From contig CAWJCS010000002.1 of the NCBI GenBank assembly GCA_963841435.1, positions 320,001 through 384,000 of the forward strand: 64,000 nt of DNA, given 5' to 3'. The notes beneath the pieces were generated by a model, which was given only the letters and a program-made list of their open reading frames with translations, had not been told where the DNA came from and did not search any database. This document shows positions 47,006 to 56,261 of this stretch, one piece after another. Both the position numbers and the translations under genes were made by a program. The stretch is from an uncultured delta proteobacterium (GTDB taxonomy: Bacteria > Myxococcota_A > Polyangia > Polyangiales > Polyangiaceae). How positions within the stretch are numbered: position 1 is the first letter of the stretch; each line of letters starts with the position of its first letter.

Positions 47006-47890
47006 TCAGTAAAATCGCAAGTTGTTGACGGCGATCGTGTAGGCGCCGGGCTCGAGCATGTAGTCGGGTGGCGGATAGCTCATGAAGGGTTGAATCACCA
47101 GGCGCACGATGTTCTGCCCGGTCACTGGCACGCAGGAGGCCTCGCTTCCAATGCCGGGTGTGAGGACGCTCCACGGCAGTTGAAATCGCGTCCATGTGGT
47201 GGCGTCCGGCGGGAGCGCCAGTTCCACGGCGGCGTCCTTGCAGTCGCTCGCCGTCGGGTTGTCACAGAGTCCACGGTCAGCGGTCGGGATCGTGTCGAGC
47301 ATGCCGAGACTCACGCCGAACCTGCCGGATGGAGAGGCACCCCTGATCGAGAGCTCCAACCCCTGATATTCCCGAGCGTCCACGCAAGCGGGCGTCGAGC
47401 CGTTGTCCGGGAAATAGAACGAGAGCAGTCCACCCCAATTCATCGCATTGGTGTTTGCGATCTGCAGAGCGTAGCCGCTGTCGCCCTCGCCGGTCACCAT
47501 CGCGGTCGTGATGACTCCCGTCCCGCCGTTCATGTCGGAGCCGTCGCCGACGTGCAAAAAGGCGCCGAGCACCGCATCGTCCGCCGGCGGAACCGCGTTG
47601 AGATAGAAGGTGTAGCTCGCCGGTGCCCCACCTGCGTAGTCGTCGAAGTCGGCGATCGTCGGCATGCTCACGCGGCTGCACTGAGCAGTTTCGGCAGGCA
47701 ATGGAGCCGCGACGCCGCACTGGTTGAAGTTCTCCCCGCCGATGCCTGGCGCTCCGGTGCCGCCCGTGCCGCCCGTCGAGTCCGGGCCGCCGCCCGACGG
47801 TTCGGCGCCGTCGCCACCACATGCCGCGAGGGTGTGGAGGGTCAAGACCAGGGTGGTGAGGGTAAGAAAGCGGGGGAACGGACGTTGCAT
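47006..47890 (-). CDS. Lipoprotein with a CBM11/CIA30-like beta-sandwich domain
   Basis: LAAC lipobox and short Gly linker; IADFD, WGG, DAREYQGLELSIRG, WTRFQLPWS, NNLRFY; stop lies 23 bp before the GH62 start. Confidence 0.65.
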   Translation of the reverse strand: MQRPFPRFLTLTTLVLTLHTLAACGGDGAEPSGGGPDSTGGTGGTGAPGIGGENFNQCGVAAPLPAETAQCSRVSMPTIADFDDYAGGAPASYTFYLNAVPPADDAVLGAFLHVGDGSDMNGGTGVITTAMVTGEGDSGYALQIANTNAMNWGGLLSFYFPDNGSTPACVDAREYQGLELSIRGASPSGRFGVSLGMLDTIPTADRGLCDNPTASDCKDAAVELALPPDATTWTRFQLPWSVLTPGIGSEASCVPVTGQNIVRLVIQPFMSYPPPDYMLEPGAYTIAVNNLRFY

Positions 47891-48835
47891 GGCGGGTGCT
47901 TCTTCCATGAGCGGCACCGTCGGCGGCACGTTGCCGAGCTTGCTCCTCATGACGCGTAGAGTGCCGCCCAAGTGGGGCCTACCAAAGGAGCTCGAAATCC
48001 ACGGTGGGGGGCTCGTTGGCTCGACTCGCGAGCGAGCCAACGGTGGCTGAGTAGCAACGAAGACGAGCCGGAACAAGTGAGCTTCATCGCGCGAAGCGAC
48101 GAGACGCAACCGCTCACGGTCGGTGACGCACGTGCACAGCGACGACGGCGAGCGCGAGCTCCTTCGAGCCGCGCGCTCGCTCATGGTTTGCGATCGGAAT
48201 GGGTTTTTCGGAGCGATGCGCCCCGAGCGAGCCGGCCATCGGGTGACCCGAAACCGCACTTTGGCGATCCAAGATACGCAACGCACAATCCTCCGCCTGC
48301 GCGCCGCGAAAAACTCGAGCTCGGCTCGACGCCGAGAGTGGCGAGACGCCGATGGGATGCACGCGCCGGGCTCGGCCGCTAGTCGCCGTCCCAATCGGCA
48401 CGCCGCGTATTGCAAATCCGACCACCTCTCATGATTCGTCGCGCCACGGACGATCGTGCAGCCCGGGGGACCCCGGAGGGCAGAGCGCAACGCAAGCGAA
48501 CCGCGCGAGAAGCGGCGATGCTCGCTTTTCTGACCTCGCCGGCGGGGTTTCGCATTCGTGCGTGCTCTTTGCGCGGGGCAAGGAGGCGGCTCGTGCAAGA
48601 TGCGACCGCACGCACGGTGCCGCGCGGCTCGTGCGCTCGCGCGAGTCCGTTGCAGAAGTGTCAGGTCATCGAGCGCGTCGCAACGCGCGCGAGCTTCTCG
48701 AAACCGTAATGCGTCTGCCGCGCGTGTGGCCGTCGTCGTCTCGCGCGCACGCGACGGTGCGCGCCGACCTCTCACTTCGCCTTGGGTGTCGCTTTTGGTT
48801 TACACGCGAATCGCGCGGTGGTACGAGGTCCGTGC

Positions 48836-49528
48836 ATGTCGGGGTTGCGGACGGCATTGGCGTTGGGGCTTTCGTTCGGTCTCGCTGCGGGCTGCGGCGG
48901 CGACGACGACAGTTTCGGGAACGGCTCGAGTGCCGGTACATCGGGCACCAGCGCCGGCAGCGGCGGCAGCGCCGCAACCTCCGGAAACGGCGGCAACAGT
49001 GGCAAAGGCGGCTCCGGGAGCGGTGGCAGCGCAGGCAAGGGTAGCGGCGGTAGCTCCACCGGTGGCAGCGCGTCCGGCAGCGGCGGAGCGGGCGGAAGCT
49101 CGGGCAGCTCTGGCGGTGATGCAGGCGCGCCCGCGGGCGGTGAGGCGCCTGGCGGCAGCGGCGGCGCCAGCGGCGCTGGCGGCACCCGTGGCGGCTCCGG
49201 CGGAAGAGGTGGCTCCGGAGGCAGCAGTGGCGCTTCGAACGAGTGCCCCGGCTCGCTCATCGGCGGCGCCTGCGTCACGACCGGACTGAGCTGCGACGTC
49301 GAGGGCGGCTGCTGTCTTTGCGACCAAATCCCGAACTGCTCGCCCGATCCGGCTTGGTACTGCCTGCTGCCGACGGACGACGTCGCTTGCGGCGACGCGC
49401 CCCCCGCCCTGATGAACGATTGCACTTCGCCGGATCTGCGCTGTCAATATTGCGAGCCTGAGGGGCCGGTCGTGCGCGAGTGCCTGAATGGCAAATGGCG
49501 CGAGGGCGCCCTCAAGATCTGCCGCTGA
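48836..49528 (+). CDS. Lipoprotein with Gly-rich linker and a C-terminal 14-Cys domain (paralog A)
   Basis: AAGC lipobox; about 95-aa domain from CPGSL through CCLC, WYC, RCQYC and REC to ICR-stop. Confidence 0.8.
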   Translation: MSGLRTALALGLSFGLAAGCGGDDDSFGNGSSAGTSGTSAGSGGSAATSGNGGNSGKGGSGSGGSAGKGSGGSSTGGSASGSGGAGGSSGSSGGDAGAPAGGEAPGGSGGASGAGGTRGGSGGRGGSGGSSGASNECPGSLIGGACVTTGLSCDVEGGCCLCDQIPNCSPDPAWYCLLPTDDVACGDAPPALMNDCTSPDLRCQYCEPEGPVVRECLNGKWREGALKICR

Positions 49529-49800
49529 CAAGGAGTGAATGGGAGGCCGAGGCATTTTTGCCAAACGTGAATCGTCACCGTCATGGTGCGAAGGGGACAT
49601 GGGGTTTCATCGTCGAGGTGATAGGAGAGCAATCGTCGAACATAGAGTCACCCGTCGCAAGCCGGTGGCATCGTGAGATGTCGTTGCTGGCGGCGGGAAC
49701 GAGGGGTCAAAACCGGGTAGTCAGCTAGGGAATCGGGAAGAATACGGAACCAACGAATCCGGGTCTTGGGCGATCGTCGGGATTCATGCGGAGGTGTGTC

Positions 49801-52800
49801 ATGTCGTTTCGAATGGACCGAGCGAATCGGGTGGGACGGGTGTGGTCGTTGCGAGCCTTGTTGTTCGCCCTCGCAGCGCTGGCCTGTGGGACTTCGTTGG
49901 TCGGCTGCAGCAGCAAGGACTCTTCCGACGCTCCCGTCATCGAGAGCAAAGAAGGTGAGCTGTGGACGGATCTGGGGGTTACCGACCAAAAGTATTCCGA
50001 ACGCTCGCCAGCCAACTCGCGCACGTTTCGCGCGGACACCGCGCGGCTGCTGAGAGTGCTCGACGCTGCCGAGAAGGACGTTTCCGAGAAGGGCACCGTG
50101 GTGCTCGAGCTGCCGTTCCCGGACGGGACGGTGGAGAACGTCCTCGTGAAGGTTGCGCCGCTGCTCTCGCCCGAGCTCGCAGAGCAGTACCCCGAGTTTC
50201 AGACGTTCATTGCGAGCGGCCTCGACGATGCAACGGCGAGCGGCCGGCTCGATCACACGACCGCCGGCTTCCACGGCATGCTGATCACGGAGCGGGGCAC
50301 GCTCTACGTCGATCCCGCAGGCGGGGACGACCCGTCACTCTACGTCAGCTACTGGAAACCGACCGGCTCGCAGTTCGATTGCCACAACGACGCGGAGCGT
50401 GAGCTCGACGGCGGCTTCAGCACGCGGGCATTTCCGATCAATCACCCATCGGGCGCTCAGCTCAGCACGTATCGCCTCGCGGTCAGCGCCACGGGTGAGT
50501 ACACGACGTTCTTCGGCGGCGCGGCGGGTGCTGCTGCGCAGATCACCACCACCATCAACCGGGTCACGGGGATCTACGAACGTGATCTCGCGATCCGGCT
50601 CCAGCTCGTCGCCACGAACATCTACACCGACGCGGCGACCGACCCGTTCACCGGCGACAACGTGAGCGTGATGCGCGGCGAGAACCAGACCGACCTCGAC
50701 GCCGTGGTCGGCTCGTCGAACTACGACATCGGACACATCTTCAGCCAGGGCGGCAGCGGCGGCATCGCGAGCCTCGCCACGGTGTGCGGCGGGCAAAAGG
50801 CCTGGGGCGCGACCTCGCTCGGCAATCCGTCGGGCGACGCCTTCGACGTCAACTTCGCCGCCCACGAGATGGGTCACCAGTTCGGCGGCAACCACACGTG
50901 GGTCGCCTGCGTCCCGTCGCAGTTCGTGGCGAGCGCGGCCTACGAGGTCGGTAGCGGCACGACGATCATGGCGTACGCGGGCGTCTGCTCGCCGAGCGAC
51001 ATCCAGCCCCACAGCGACGACTACTTCCACGTCAAAAACTTCGAGGAAATCACTGATTTCCGCGATGGCGCGGGCGCCTGCGGCGTCGTGAGCGCGACCG
51101 GCAACACGCCGCCCACGGTGGAGGCCGGCCCGAACTGCACCATCCCGCGCTCGACGCCGTTCACGCTGACCGCGCAGGGTGACGATGCCGACGGCGACGC
51201 GCTCACCTTCACCTGGGAGCAATACGATCTCGGCGGCCAGCAGGCGTTTCCGCAGAGCACCGACGTGACGGGGCCGCTCTTCCGCTCGCGCCCGCCTTCG
51301 ACCAGCCCCTCGCGCACCTTCCCGCAGCTCGCGGATCTCTTGAGCGGGGCTCCCACGACTTGGGAGGTGCTACCGAGCGTCGATCGGACGATGAGCTTCC
51401 GCGTGACGGCGCGCGACAATCGCGCCAATGGCGGCGGCGCCGACTACGACTCCATGAGCGTGACCGTGAGCGGGAGCCCGTTTACGATCACCGCGCCGTC
51501 GAGCACGCTCGAATGCGGCGGGACGGCCAATGTCACCTGGCAGGTGGGCGGCGGCTCGATCGCCCCGAACGTCAACGTGCAACTCTCGTCGGACGGCGGC
51601 GCGACCTTCGCCAACGTCCTCGCCGGCACGGCGAACGACGGCGCGGCGAGCATCTCGGTGCCGGTGGGCCTGAGCGGCGGCCAGACGCGCATCCGGCTGG
51701 TCCCGTCGGCGGAGTGCTTCTTCGCGCTTTCCGGCCCGCTCTCGATCACGGACACGGCGGATCCGACGGTCACGGCGCCGCCGGACATCCCGGACGCGGA
51801 GTGCACCGCGGGGGGCACCGCGGTCGCCGTCGGAAGCGCGACGGCGACGGACCAGTGCGATTCGTCGCTCTCGATCACGAACGACGCGCCCGCGCTGTTT
51901 CCGCTCGGTCCGACCACGGTCACCTGGACCGCCACGGACGACAGCGGCAACGACGACACGGACACCCAGCTCGTCACCGTGGTCGATACCACGCCACCCG
52001 CGTTCACCGCGGTGCCGGGCGACATCACGACCACGACGTGCGGGTCCTTTTCGATCGGAACCGCGACGGCGACCGACGGCTGCGATACGAGCGTGACGGT
52101 GACGAACGATCGTCCGGCGCAGTTCCCGCCCGGAACGACGATCGTGACGTGGACCGCCACCGACGCCAGCGGCAACGTCGCAACCGCCACGCAAAGCGTC
52201 ACCGTGATCCTCGGCGACAACCCCGCGTGCTGCCCGGCGGGCACGAACATCATTCAGGGTAACTCGAACAACAACGTCCTGAACGGGACCAACGGCTCCG
52301 ACTGCATCCTCGGCAAGGGTGCGCAGGACACCATCAACGGCAACGGCGGGAACGACTACATCTCCGGCGGTGATGGCAACGATGTCATCAACGGCGGCGG
52401 TGGAAACGACGTGATCTTCGCCGGGAGCGGTCAGGATATCGTCAACGGCAACGACGGAGCCGACTACCTCGACGGCGGCGACGGTGACGACACCGTCTAC
52501 GGCGGCGCCGGCAACGACACGCTGCACGGCGGCCAGGGTCAGGACTCGCTCCAGGGTCAGGATGGCGACGACGCGCTGTTCGGCGACTCCGGGGACGACA
52601 ACCTCCAGGGCGGCAACGGCAACGACGCGCTCGTCGGTGGCACCAACAACGACCACTGCAACGGTGGTGCCGGAGCGAACACCATCGCGCAGTGCGAGTT
52701 CGGGGCGCCGAACGCGTGCATCGACGACGTGCAGAACGGGACGGAAACCGGGATCGACTGCGGCGGCGCGTGTCCGCATTGCCCCGAGGGCGGCGGTTGC

Positions 52801-53184
52801 GCGAGTGCCAGCGATTGCCAGAGCGGTCTTTTTTGCGTCGGCGGTTCGTGCGAGCTGCCACCCGGTGGCTCGGTCAATCCCGTCTTCACGGAGCTCGTCT
52901 TCGACACCGACTGGGGCAGTGGCTACTGCGCACGGCTGAGCGTGACCAACGACTCGGCGGCCACGGCGACCGGTTTCACCGTAACGCTCGCGATGAACGG
53001 CGCCACCATCTACACGTCGTGGAACGCCACCTTCAGCGGCGGTAGCATGGTGACGGTCACACCCTTCGCGTCGCACGCGACGCTGACGCCCGGCGAGAAC
53101 GACAGCTCGATCGGCTTTTGCGCCAATCGAGCCGTACCGGGAGTCGGCTCGCCGAGCGTCGTGAGCACCACCGCGACGTTCTAG
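49801..53184 (+). CDS. Reprolysin-like (M12B) zinc metalloprotease lipoprotein with HYR-like domains, RTX-type Ca-binding repeats, a Cys-rich repeat and a C-terminal CBM2-like domain
   Basis: GGAGG RBS before ATG 49801; LVGC lipobox; HEMGHQFGGNH zinc motif, TIMAYAG Met-turn; FPLGPTTVTWTATD and FPPGTTIVTWTATD; GGxGxD nonapeptides; DWGSGYC...WNA...GFCA. Confidence 0.9.
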   Translation: MSFRMDRANRVGRVWSLRALLFALAALACGTSLVGCSSKDSSDAPVIESKEGELWTDLGVTDQKYSERSPANSRTFRADTARLLRVLDAAEKDVSEKGTVVLELPFPDGTVENVLVKVAPLLSPELAEQYPEFQTFIASGLDDATASGRLDHTTAGFHGMLITERGTLYVDPAGGDDPSLYVSYWKPTGSQFDCHNDAERELDGGFSTRAFPINHPSGAQLSTYRLAVSATGEYTTFFGGAAGAAAQITTTINRVTGIYERDLAIRLQLVATNIYTDAATDPFTGDNVSVMRGENQTDLDAVVGSSNYDIGHIFSQGGSGGIASLATVCGGQKAWGATSLGNPSGDAFDVNFAAHEMGHQFGGNHTWVACVPSQFVASAAYEVGSGTTIMAYAGVCSPSDIQPHSDDYFHVKNFEEITDFRDGAGACGVVSATGNTPPTVEAGPNCTIPRSTPFTLTAQGDDADGDALTFTWEQYDLGGQQAFPQSTDVTGPLFRSRPPSTSPSRTFPQLADLLSGAPTTWEVLPSVDRTMSFRVTARDNRANGGGADYDSMSVTVSGSPFTITAPSSTLECGGTANVTWQVGGGSIAPNVNVQLSSDGGATFANVLAGTANDGAASISVPVGLSGGQTRIRLVPSAECFFALSGPLSITDTADPTVTAPPDIPDAECTAGGTAVAVGSATATDQCDSSLSITNDAPALFPLGPTTVTWTATDDSGNDDTDTQLVTVVDTTPPAFTAVPGDITTTTCGSFSIGTATATDGCDTSVTVTNDRPAQFPPGTTIVTWTATDASGNVATATQSVTVILGDNPACCPAGTNIIQGNSNNNVLNGTNGSDCILGKGAQDTINGNGGNDYISGGDGNDVINGGGGNDVIFAGSGQDIVNGNDGADYLDGGDGDDTVYGGAGNDTLHGGQGQDSLQGQDGDDALFGDSGDDNLQGGNGNDALVGGTNNDHCNGGAGANTIAQCEFGAPNACIDDVQNGTETGIDCGGACPHCPEGGGCASASDCQSGLFCVGGSCELPPGGSVNPVFTELVFDTDWGSGYCARLSVTNDSAATATGFTVTLAMNGATIYTSWNATFSGGSMVTVTPFASHATLTPGENDSSIGFCANRAVPGVGSPSVVSTTATF

Positions 53185-53192
53185 GCGGAGCG

Positions 53193-53792
53193 ATGAGCGC
53201 GCGCGGGGTTCGCTCGATGGCGGTCCCCGCGCGCGCGCGCTTTTGGTGCTCGGCGCGCGGCGGGGCGGGAGCGCTCTCTTTTTTGCTCGCCGCGCTGCAT
53301 TGGTCGTTCGGCTGTCGTCACGAAGCGGAGCCACCCGCCACGACGGCAGCCTCGAGCCCGGTGACGGCGCAAGAAGCGCCGCCCAGCGTGACCGCACCCC
53401 ACGCGCCGGCGGGCCCCGCCACGGGCCTCGACGCTGGTCGCGCTCCCACTGCGGCGAGCGTCACTCTGCCGACGGCGGCGCCGAGCTCACCTGAGCCCGA
53501 CGAGCGCTGCCCGCAAAGCCTCGCCGAGGCGCAAACATGTCGGAGCGTGGGAAAGACGTGCGGCGTGGGTGGCGCCTGCTGTGTTTGCGAGGTGACGCCG
53601 GCGTGTGGCCCGGCGCCACTCTGGTCCTGCGTGACGCCTTCGACCGACGTCGAGTGCGGCTCCGGTCCGGCCGAGCCCAAGAGCGAGTGCGGGGCGGATC
53701 GGCGCTGCGCGTATTGCGTGGGAAAGCGCCCCGCCGTGCGGGAGTGCGCGCGTGGGCACTGGTATGCCGTCCCCGCGCGTTCCTGCCGCTGA
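53193..53792 (+). CDS. Lipoprotein with Pro/Ala/Thr linker and a C-terminal 14-Cys domain (paralog B)
   Basis: GGAG RBS, 8 bp after the protease stop; SFGC lipobox; CPQSL through CCVC, WSC, RCAYC and REC to SCR-stop. Confidence 0.8.
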   Translation: MSARGVRSMAVPARARFWCSARGGAGALSFLLAALHWSFGCRHEAEPPATTAASSPVTAQEAPPSVTAPHAPAGPATGLDAGRAPTAASVTLPTAAPSSPEPDERCPQSLAEAQTCRSVGKTCGVGGACCVCEVTPACGPAPLWSCVTPSTDVECGSGPAEPKSECGADRRCAYCVGKRPAVRECARGHWYAVPARSCR

Positions 53793-53866
53793 CGAGCGCC
53801 TGCGCGGGGCGACCTGCTGCTTACATTTGCGTGCTGGGCTCGTCTAGTGGATCGATCCCAACGACC

Positions 53867-54685
53867 ATGAAGCCTCCAAGCCGACCCGGCGGCGCCCGCG
53901 CCGCGGATGAGCGTGTGTTCGGGCGCCTACGCGCGCGTGTTCGACGCCTCGCGTCGCGCGCACGCCCCAAAGGGTGGCTCTCCTTCATCGGCCGGCACGA
54001 GCTCGGCTCGATCCTGGCGTTTTGTGCGCTCGCGGCCAGTGCCCTGGTGTTCGTGAAGGTGGCGTCGGAGGTAAGCGAGGGCGAGCTCCAAGACATCGAT
54101 CGAGGGCTGCTGCTGCTCCTACGCAACCCGGCGAACATCGCCGATCCGATCGGTCCGGCGTGGGTGGAGGAGATGGGCAGGGACTTTTCTGCGCTCGGCG
54201 GCGTCGGCGTGCTGACGCTCGCGACCTTGGCGGTCGTCGGCTATTTGGCCGTGCTCGGTCGCCCGCGCACGGCTGCCTTCGTCGCTTCCGCGGTGTCGGG
54301 CGGCGCGCTGCTCGCGGCCCTGTTGAAGACCGCGTTCGGCCGACCGCGGCCGACGGTCGTGCCACACCTGTCGCACGTCGCGTCGTCGAGCTTTCCGAGC
54401 GGACACTCTATGCTCGCCGCAGCCGTGTACCTTTCTCTCGGTGGCCTGTTGGCTCGCCTGGAGGAGCGCCCGATACTTCGCGCATACGTCTTGCTCTGGG
54501 CCCTTGGCCTCGTCACTCTCGTCGGAGTGAGCCGCGTCTACCTCGGGGTCCATTGGCCCACGGACGTGCTCGCCGGGTGGGCCGCGGGCGCTGCCTGGGG
54601 GGCGCTCTGCTGGCTTCTCGCAAAGTGGCTTCAGCGCCGAGGTCACCTCGAAGGGACCTCGGACAGGAAGCGGGGTCCTGACTAA
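53867..54685 (+). CDS. PAP2-family membrane phosphatase
   Basis: KTAFGRPRP, SFPSGHS, SRVYLGVHWPTDV. Confidence 0.93.
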   Translation: MKPPSRPGGARAADERVFGRLRARVRRLASRARPKGWLSFIGRHELGSILAFCALAASALVFVKVASEVSEGELQDIDRGLLLLLRNPANIADPIGPAWVEEMGRDFSALGGVGVLTLATLAVVGYLAVLGRPRTAAFVASAVSGGALLAALLKTAFGRPRPTVVPHLSHVASSSFPSGHSMLAAAVYLSLGGLLARLEERPILRAYVLLWALGLVTLVGVSRVYLGVHWPTDVLAGWAAGAAWGALCWLLAKWLQRRGHLEGTSDRKRGPD

Positions 54686-54853
54686 ACGGCTTTGCGCAAG
54701 AGGCACGAGCCGCGGCGGCAGCGGGTCGCGGCGGCCCGGCAACGTCGGGGGAAGCCGGCGCGGCCGGAGCGATGGGTGGAGCCGCAGGATCGAGCGCGAC
54801 TGCGGGAACTGGTGGCGTTGCCGCGGCATCGCGGAGTGTGCTCAAATGCCCCG

Positions 54854-56230
54854 ATGGCGGCGCCGCCCCGGTGGCTGATCCTCGGCCTTGCGGTCGCGCT
54901 CTCGGCTTGCAAGGGCGCTTCAAAGCAACACGAGCGAGCTTCCGCGAGCCCGCCCGCACGGACGGTTGCAAGCGCGTCTGCTCGAGCCGCAGCGAGCGCC
55001 AGCACCCCCGTGCCCACGGCGCCGTCGCCCGCCGAGCGACCACCCGAGCCGTTGAACGTGCTGCTCGTCAGCATCGACAGCTTGCGGGCGGACGTCCCCT
55101 GGCTCGGCTACGGGCGGCCGATCGCGCCGAATCTCACGCGGCTCGCGGCGGATTCAGTCGTCTATACACGCGCTTACTCGGCCTCGAGCTACACGGCGAA
55201 GAGCGTCGCGACGATGCTGAGCGGGCGCTACGCGTCGACACTCTACCGCGACGGGCGGTTCTTCGCGCGCTACGCCGCTTCGAACCATTTTCTCGCCGAG
55301 GTGCTCGGTGAGCACGGGGTTCGGAGCGTCGGCTGGCAAGGGCATTTCTACTTCGACCACCGAAGCGGGTTCGAGCAGGGCTTTTCGGAGTGGAGGCTCG
55401 TTCCGGGTATCACTTTCGATCCGGAGACGAGCAACGACGTGACGAGCGACAAGATGACGGCGCTCGGCATCGAGCTCCTGTCCAAGCCCGAAAACACGGG
55501 CGGGCGCTTCTTTGCCTGGGCGCACTACATGGATCCGCACGATCAGTACCTCGCGCACCCGGAGGCGCCGAAGTTCGGCAAGAAGGCGCGCGATCGCTAC
55601 GACGCGGAGATCTGGTTCACGGACCTGTGGATCGAGAAGCTGCTCGAATTCGCGCGCGCGCAGCCATGGTGGTCGAGGACGGCGCTCATCGTGACGGCGG
55701 ATCACGGCGAGGCTTTCGGGGAGCACGGTATGTACAAGCACGCCTTCGAGCTCTGGGAGGTGCTCGTCCGGGTGCCGCTTCTGATTTACGGCCCGGGCAT
55801 CGAGGCGCGCCGCATCGACGAGCGCCGCTCCCACATCGATCTCGCGCCCACGATTCTCGAGCTGATGGGCGTCCCGGTGCCACCGGAGTTTCAGGGCTCG
55901 TCACTCGCTCCCGAGCTGTACGGCGCCGCACCGGTTTCGCGCGAGCCCATCCTGTGCGAGCTCGCCGAGGACACGCACAATCCACCGCGGCGAGCGCTCA
56001 TCGATGGCGCGCTGAAGCTCATCGACTTCGGCCGCGACCACTTCGAGCTCTACGACCTCGACGCCGACCCGCGCGAGCTTCACGACTTGGCCTCGAATCA
56101 CCCGGCGGAGCTCGCTCGGATGAAGCGGGAGCTGCTGGAAAGATACGAGCGACTCCCCACGGTCGCGCCGTTCGGCGGGCTCAAGCTCCACGACGGCAGC
56201 CGCGCGAACGGGCCCCGCGGGCCCGGCTGA
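54854..56230 (+). CDS. Sulfatase-fold (alkaline phosphatase superfamily) lipoprotein
   Basis: LSAC lipobox; NVLLVSIDSLRAD, APNL, HYMDPHDQY, YDAEI, TADHGE, RVPL, IDLAPTIL, ELYDL. Confidence 0.88.
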   Translation: MAAPPRWLILGLAVALSACKGASKQHERASASPPARTVASASARAAASASTPVPTAPSPAERPPEPLNVLLVSIDSLRADVPWLGYGRPIAPNLTRLAADSVVYTRAYSASSYTAKSVATMLSGRYASTLYRDGRFFARYAASNHFLAEVLGEHGVRSVGWQGHFYFDHRSGFEQGFSEWRLVPGITFDPETSNDVTSDKMTALGIELLSKPENTGGRFFAWAHYMDPHDQYLAHPEAPKFGKKARDRYDAEIWFTDLWIEKLLEFARAQPWWSRTALIVTADHGEAFGEHGMYKHAFELWEVLVRVPLLIYGPGIEARRIDERRSHIDLAPTILELMGVPVPPEFQGSSLAPELYGAAPVSREPILCELAEDTHNPPRRALIDGALKLIDFGRDHFELYDLDADPRELHDLASNHPAELARMKRELLERYERLPTVAPFGGLKLHDGSRANGPRGPG

Positions 56231-56261
56231 AGGAAGCGCCGCGGAAATCCCGCTGGGGACG

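Noticed and set aside
52255-52680. RTX toxin / type I secretion system
   Set aside because: No HlyB/HlyD/TolC genes here, the repeats are internal, and the protein has a Sec lipoprotein signal
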